Shown here piece by piece: positions 59,376 to 64,000 of a stretch of 64,000 nucleotides of DNA (its first letter is position 1; every line of letters starts with the position of its first letter). The stretch lies in IMG/VR virus record IMGVR_UViG_3300025117_000028, positions 59,916 to 123,915 of that record; one strand, 5' to 3'. Position numbers and translations under genes: made by a program. A model generated the notes under the pieces. The model was not told the origin of the DNA. It saw nothing but the letters and a program-made list of their open reading frames with translations, and ran no database searches. Source of the stretch: a virus.

Positions 59376-59727
59376 AACTTTTCCATTATAATTCCAAATT
59401 CTTTTAAAATCAAAGAGTCAAGTGGTCTCACACGCCGCACGTAGAAGATGGAGGACCTATATCATAATAGGCATCGCCATAGAAGAGGGACACGCTCCAC
59501 ACATAGCTTTGAAGGTAGTAGGTGTAGAGAGATGAAGACCAGAAGCGAGCACTTTTAAATCCAGGAACTTTATCTATAAATGCTTGTCTTAACTCATCTT
59601 TTGTCGGCAATCTCCAACCGTCTTTTTCTAAGTTCATGGCTTGAAACCAAGTCATTGGTTTTTGGGTTGGTCCCCAAATTAATCTTCTTTGGAAGTCAAT
59701 TGTAAGGCCATTGATTACTTTAAACAT
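59372..59727 (-). pseudogene. DUF1566/Lcl-C gene, copy G, with a 1-nt deletion in the variable region
   Basis: The ORF ends early at 59428; the alternative frame gives FYVRRVRPLDSLILKEFGIIMEKL* ending at 59372 with an ATGA overlap on the next gene. Confidence 0.8.
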
Positions 59728-59731
59728 AAAG

Positions 59732-61756
59732 TTATTTTTTAGAGGCGCGGTTCACAAAAATAGTATTAACATATTTAATTAAAGCTTCTGCGCAAGATTC
59801 ACAATATCCACGTTCTTGCAATCTTTTCCTGATAGCTTTTAAAACCTTCTCTCCATCTTTACCAGGCTTAGCTTTATCTAAGTGTTTGTCGAATGGGATA
59901 CGTAACGTTTGCTTTGCTTTTGAGTATAAATATTTCTCAATTGCTTCACGTAAACGATCATGAGAATTCCACTTGAATTCCCCTCCTGCTTGTGTTACTT
60001 CCCAATGTTTACGAAATATTTCATGACGGAATTCACGTTTAGATGAAGAATTTACACCAATAGCAGATTCAATTGAATTCATCAATTCATCATCCAATGG
60101 GATTTCATTCCCCATCTCATCTCTGGGTTTTTCTTCGGATAAGAAATTATTAATATTATCAATATAACGAGAGAATAATTCTTGAGCACGACTATCGATA
60201 TCGGCAAGTAGTGCTCCTGCAACAGCCTTCTCGGCCATATCGTTATATTCTTCTAGAACAGTTCCAATATGACCTAGCCATTCTTTACGTGACTCTTCTT
60301 TGACTTCAGGATTCTCTTGTAAATACTTCTTAATCTTTGCAAGAATAGTTACTGGGTTAATACATGGGAATTCTGTATTGTCATTAATTTGATCAGCCAT
60401 TGCACGATTAATACAATCTACGATCTTTCTGGGTCCTAGTCCCTCGAATCCTTCTCTGGTATGTTCAAGACGTAGAGGGCGCAAATCTGATTTGTTTAAG
60501 CCGAATACGTCTTCTCCTGCATAGAAACGGATCTTCTGTTTAAGTCCAACAGCAGATCCTTTTGGTGGCTTTAGGCGAGTAAGCATTGCGTAAAATGCTG
60601 CCACTTCTAAAGTATGTGGAGCAATATGAATTTTATCGCGATTTTGGTTTTGACGAAGAATCTTTTGATAAATCTTTTCTTCGTCCTTATAGCTTAAACA
60701 ATAAGGCCAACCAATAGTCCATACGCGATCTTGTGTTGCTTCTTCTGTTAGATCTTCCATGAACTTACGGAATTCCGATTCGTTTGTATGCGAAATAATG
60801 AGTTCGTCTACGTCGATCATGGGGAGATTTTCAATTTTTAACTGTTTCTCTTGAGTTAAACTTAGTAAATCCATTCGCATATCTTTGGAAATCTTTAAAA
60901 TTTCCATAAGTTCCATGATCCCACGATTTGCGTAATTAATTTCACCGGAATAATCATAACTAAACGGATCACTTAGACCATGTTGGCTCAATGTACTAAT
61001 ATTTTTTGTTCCTTTGAGGTCACTAGCTTTTTGAGACTTAGGATCTCCGGGCATAAAGTTACCGATACCTTGACGCTGACTAATACTAATCAAAAATCGT
61101 TGTGATAAGAATTTCGAAATATCATCATTCAAGAACTTAGTTAGAACCTTTGCGCAATGTGGGCATAAATGGCCTTCGATTTTGATACCTGTTGCTGTGA
61201 AAAAGTCTTCCCTAAGTTCATCGGGTAAGGCTCGTAATGGGTCTTCATTGATAGGACAATGGTTCTTCACGAGACCATACTTGTGACTTTCTTCGTCTGT
61301 GAATGGATACTTGATCCGGTAAATAGCACCATCATCAGTATTGCTATATTCAGCTAGATTTCTTTTAATTTTGTCAACAACATCACTCTTTCCGCTTCCT
61401 ACTGGTCCCATGAATAGGAGTAGGCGGCGGCTTGCATCACTTTTATTTGCAGCAGATTTAAGATACTGCATTAGCATGCCAATATTATCCTGAATTCCAA
61501 AGAATTGTTTTTCAAAGAAGTCATAAATTTCAATTTTCTTTCCCTTTTCCAGGGCATATTGATCTAGTTCGTATCGAATACCATGTCGATGAATCGAATT
61601 ATAGACACGCCCAGCAGCATTAGCTGCAATACTAGGCTTATTTTTAACTAATTCGATATATTCAGATAAAGAGATAGTATGTAATTCTACCTTGAGTTTG
61701 TCGTGCTTGGCCATTAATTGAGCAAGAAGATTCTCTTTGACCTCAGTGGTTGCCAT
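59732..61756 (-). CDS. prkA: PrkA/YeaG AAA+ serine kinase-like protein
   Basis: LLFMGPVGSGKS, CPINEDPL, ANRGIME..E..K and DE.IISHTNE motifs; AGGAGG RBS at the 61756 start. Confidence 0.93.
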   Translation of the reverse strand: MATTEVKENLLAQLMAKHDKLKVELHTISLSEYIELVKNKPSIAANAAGRVYNSIHRHGIRYELDQYALEKGKKIEIYDFFEKQFFGIQDNIGMLMQYLKSAANKSDASRRLLLFMGPVGSGKSDVVDKIKRNLAEYSNTDDGAIYRIKYPFTDEESHKYGLVKNHCPINEDPLRALPDELREDFFTATGIKIEGHLCPHCAKVLTKFLNDDISKFLSQRFLISISQRQGIGNFMPGDPKSQKASDLKGTKNISTLSQHGLSDPFSYDYSGEINYANRGIMELMEILKISKDMRMDLLSLTQEKQLKIENLPMIDVDELIISHTNESEFRKFMEDLTEEATQDRVWTIGWPYCLSYKDEEKIYQKILRQNQNRDKIHIAPHTLEVAAFYAMLTRLKPPKGSAVGLKQKIRFYAGEDVFGLNKSDLRPLRLEHTREGFEGLGPRKIVDCINRAMADQINDNTEFPCINPVTILAKIKKYLQENPEVKEESRKEWLGHIGTVLEEYNDMAEKAVAGALLADIDSRAQELFSRYIDNINNFLSEEKPRDEMGNEIPLDDELMNSIESAIGVNSSSKREFRHEIFRKHWEVTQAGGEFKWNSHDRLREAIEKYLYSKAKQTLRIPFDKHLDKAKPGKDGEKVLKAIRKRLQERGYCESCAEALIKYVNTIFVNRASKK

Positions 61757-62492
61757 TATTCCTCCTGAATTTATTAAGATTATTTTGGATATGATCAAGG
61801 TCTTCTTGATTAATTTGCTGAATATAATTAAGAATGCCTAAGGAATAAGATTCTTGATTAGAATTAACTAGCTTAAGGCTTAATTTTCTTTTAGTTCTAC
61901 GAGATAAAGAAATGATATTGTTTTGAACTGTTATGCCTAAGACTCCAAATTTTTCAGTTTTAGGAATAATAGACTTAACTGGGCATTTTAAATTGCCAAT
62001 TGAATAGATATTTTTGAATAAACGAATAACATTTGGAATGTTATCTCTGCGGCATGAAATAATGATGTTGTCTACATAACGAGACCATACAAAATCTTGA
62101 TGAGTTTCGTATAATGATCTTTCTAAATATTGTATAAAACATTCGGCTAAAATTGGACTTGCAGGACTACCTTGCGGTAAGCTGTTTTGATAAAAACATA
62201 TATCAAGCTCTTCATTTGTTAATAAATTCGGATATAGCCTAACAAAATTTTCTTTTATAATAGAGGGGAAAAACTTTTTAATATCTAATTCTATCCAATA
62301 ATCATATTCAAATGGAAAATGATAATTAATAGTATTAAGAACAGATCTGAAACTAAAAATATTTTCTTTTATAGAAATAGAATTATATATTCTTTTATGA
62401 ATTTTTTTTAATTTCACTTTTGTCTCAGGATCAGGGATATTAATGTCTCTAAATTTATTATTAACTTTTCTAAGTTTTATACTAGTATACAT
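61743..62492 (-). CDS. Compact retron-like reverse transcriptase with YVDN in place of YxDD
   Basis: KFRDINIP, NTINYH, LDIKKFFPSI, LPQGSPASPILA, RYVDNIIIS and VLGITV motifs; about 249 aa from the ATG at 62492. Confidence 0.85.
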   Translation of the reverse strand: MYTSIKLRKVNNKFRDINIPDPETKVKLKKIHKRIYNSISIKENIFSFRSVLNTINYHFPFEYDYWIELDIKKFFPSIIKENFVRLYPNLLTNEELDICFYQNSLPQGSPASPILAECFIQYLERSLYETHQDFVWSRYVDNIIISCRRDNIPNVIRLFKNIYSIGNLKCPVKSIIPKTEKFGVLGITVQNNIISLSRRTKRKLSLKLVNSNQESYSLGILNYIQQINQEDLDHIQNNLNKFRRNNGNH

Positions 62493-62521
62493 ATTTATTA
62501 CATTTTTTTTTAGGAAAAGAG

Positions 62522-62820
62522 ACACCAAGACTATAAGTAATCTAAATTGATATAGTTAACAACAATCTTTAATATTGGAATTGGTCCCTATAAAGGGACT
62601 CTCCCATAGCAAAGAGGTTATTAAGTATCGCCTTAGATTACTTATAGCTATCCTTGATTTTCATCTAGATACTTGGTGTATTTCACTCGATTCAAATTAT
62701 TTGAATCGAGAACTGGCCGAGTCCAGCTGCAGTCCAGTTCTAACTAACTTTATTTGAATGTAACCATTCAAATAAATTTAGTTTGTGAAATACATTTAAG
62801 ATACTTATTTCTAAGTATCT
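62522..62820 (-). ncRNA. Putative structured ncRNA (msr-msd-like) upstream of the RT
   Basis: 15-bp perfect inverted repeat 62531-62545/62633-62647 flanked by G-U pairs on the minus strand; stem 62677-86/62785-94 enclosing 11-, 7- and 12-bp hairpins; GAAA-loop hairpin at 62799-62820. Confidence 0.7.
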
Positions 62821-63548
62821 AATGTGAAATATGTAAATTGACTATTGCTACTTAAACTAAATGTAATTTGTGTTGTTTTTAACATTTTTGTGATAAATAT
62901 TTCGCTTAATATAGCCAAAGCATGTAAAGCCGTCATCTGATTAATTAACATATTTTGTGGTGGACCATCTGCACATGAACGTTCATGTGGTTTAGCATTA
63001 TTTATTTCAGGATATAATTTCACAACATCATCTAAAATAACTTTTTGCTTATATGTTTCGTTATTAATTGGATTAGTAACAGCCATTTGCCCTAAGTTAC
63101 CTCCTAAGATAACTTGGCCTGTATCTAAATCATTGCCGCAATCCAAATAAAAATATTTGGCTTTCTTATAGCGATTTGCGCACAAAAGCCGAGCTTCGTC
63201 ATTATCACAGCAACAAATTATAAGAGGGAGACAATCATAATAGTCATTCTTTATTGGTGTTTCTTTTGTTAAGAATTGAGGTTTAGCTATGATAGTTACT
63301 CCATAAGCGCGTGAGTATCTTTCTGCTAATACCTCAGCTTTATTTTTACCAATATCAGAAGCAATGAAGTTTTGTCTTAGAATATTTTTGTCGCTAACAA
63401 CATCTCCGTCCATAATATGAATATTAACTGGGCAAGATTTAAGAAATTTAATTAACCAAGGAATTAGCCAACTTCCTGTACCTCCTGCTCCAATAATTTC
63501 TATATGTCCAATGAAGTTTTGAGGTATGTTAATTAGTCCTATCTTCAT
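62811..63548 (-). CDS. ThiF/E1-like adenylyltransferase (PRTRC/prokaryotic ubiquitin-system type)
   Basis: IIGAGGTGSW, DGDVV..KNILRQNF, GKNKAEVL, CCDNDEAR, LDCGN and ERSCAD motifs. Confidence 0.88.
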   Translation of the reverse strand: MKIGLINIPQNFIGHIEIIGAGGTGSWLIPWLIKFLKSCPVNIHIMDGDVVSDKNILRQNFIASDIGKNKAEVLAERYSRAYGVTIIAKPQFLTKETPIKNDYYDCLPLIICCCDNDEARLLCANRYKKAKYFYLDCGNDLDTGQVILGGNLGQMAVTNPINNETYKQKVILDDVVKLYPEINNAKPHERSCADGPPQNMLINQMTALHALAILSEIFITKMLKTTQITFSLSSNSQFTYFTLDT

Positions 63549-64000
63549 GGTTTGGTCGTCCTAAAGAAATCTCGACGGGTTTTTTTAGCACCGGGACAAA
63601 AGCGTTCAAAATATTCTTCTTCGTCATCTGTCAAATCTTTGACTGGTGTTGGATGAAGACCTATTGCTCGGGGTTCTATAATGGCCTTTTCAACCACTTT
63701 ATAAGGCTTATCCATTGCTATTCTTGATAATGCATCTTCTGGATATGTGATACATGATAAATCATTTTCTTTTAGAATCTCTTTTAGTGTTAATTGTTCG
63801 GTGTCGAATAAGTCTTTTAAGGAAATTTTCCCTTCTTCTTTGCCCATCATACACCATCTACCAGTAAAGGTAGGATCGGTAAAGATGTTTCCGATAACAC
63901 CATAAAATCTAGTTTCTGCATTATCTTTGTCATCTGTCTCACTATGGAAAGCTCCCATAGAATTATGAGAATGAATTTGCATAACCTGTAAGTTTTTAGA
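63545..64000 (-). CDS. JAB/MPN-domain metalloprotease (PRTRC protein A-like); 5' end beyond the window
   Basis: QIHSHNSMGAFHSETDD JAB motif; the frame is open to the window edge. Confidence 0.8.
   Translation of the reverse strand, partial: SKNLQVMQIHSHNSMGAFHSETDDKDNAETRFYGVIGNIFTDPTFTGRWCMMGKEEGKISLKDLFDTEQLTLKEILKENDLSCITYPEDALSRIAMDKPYKVVEKAIIEPRAIGLHPTPVKDLTDDEEEYFERFCPGAKKTRRDFFRTTKP

Noticed and set aside
61743-62492. This RT as the DGR RT for the Lcl genes
   Set aside because: Its motifs are retron-like (LPQGSP, N...H) rather than DGR-like (LPIGN..SQ), no avd gene is adjacent, and the upstream non-coding region has no AAC-rich similarity to the Lcl variable regions.
1324-62757. Many short opposite-strand ORFs in the track (for example 1324, 5805, 5982, 8589, 12010, 13345, 26114, 29681, 37706, 46060, 56085, 62575)
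   Set aside because: They lie fully inside longer motif-bearing genes or the structured ncRNA, and have no RBS or recognisable motifs. They are treated as shadow ORFs.
62799-62820. Rho-independent terminator after ThiF
   Set aside because: The 9-bp hairpin is AT-rich and not followed by a U-tract on the minus strand. It is treated as part of the structured RNA or a processing site.
1-64000. Genome-wide stop-codon recoding (TAG or TGA)
   Set aside because: Long genes (dnaE, nrdJ, primase-helicase) are intact under code 11. purA and ThiF end at TAG and many genes use ATGA overlaps. The in-frame stops are isolated lesions.
1-64000. tRNA/rRNA genes, PhuZ tubulin or nuclear-shell genes
   Set aside because: No cloverleaf with T-loop GTTCRA context, rRNA-like sequence or tubulin GGGTG(S/T)G signature in a tubulin-sized ORF was recognised by eye; a tRNAscan/HMM run is needed to be certain.

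Overview
A 64-kb segment of a large, AT-rich tailed dsDNA phage genome (standard code 11). No capsid, terminase, tRNA or CRISPR array was recognised. A plus-strand block (1-18.2 kb) holds tail/virion genes (LamG protein, tandem paralogous fibre proteins, Gly-rich fibre), an actin-like ATPase with a small partner, holin-like genes, a Cas4-like nuclease, a primase-helicase fusion, an amidase, an Hjc-like resolvase and PIN-PhoH. It converges on a minus-strand block (18.2-64 kb) with a Maf/DUF115 glycosyltransferase, purA, purB, a GMPR/IMPDH-family enzyme, tandem-domain thyX, sHSP, dnaE, SF2 helicase, GGQ release-factor domain, class II RNR, dUTPase, UDG, recA, spoVG, prkA-yeaH-spoVR, a retron-like RT, ThiF and JAB. 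Three things stand out. (1) About 11 dispersed DUF1566/Lcl-C (C-type-lectin-like) genes have shuffled, near-identical scaffolds and a hypervariable C-terminal segment with the codon signature of DGR adenine mutagenesis; no template repeat or DGR-type RT was found in the window. (2) A compact retron-like RT carries YVDN instead of YxDD and follows about 300 nt of densely base-paired non-coding sequence. (3) A phage actin whose motifs resemble the haloarchaeal volactin/salactin type. All calls come from reading motifs by eye; no database searches were run.
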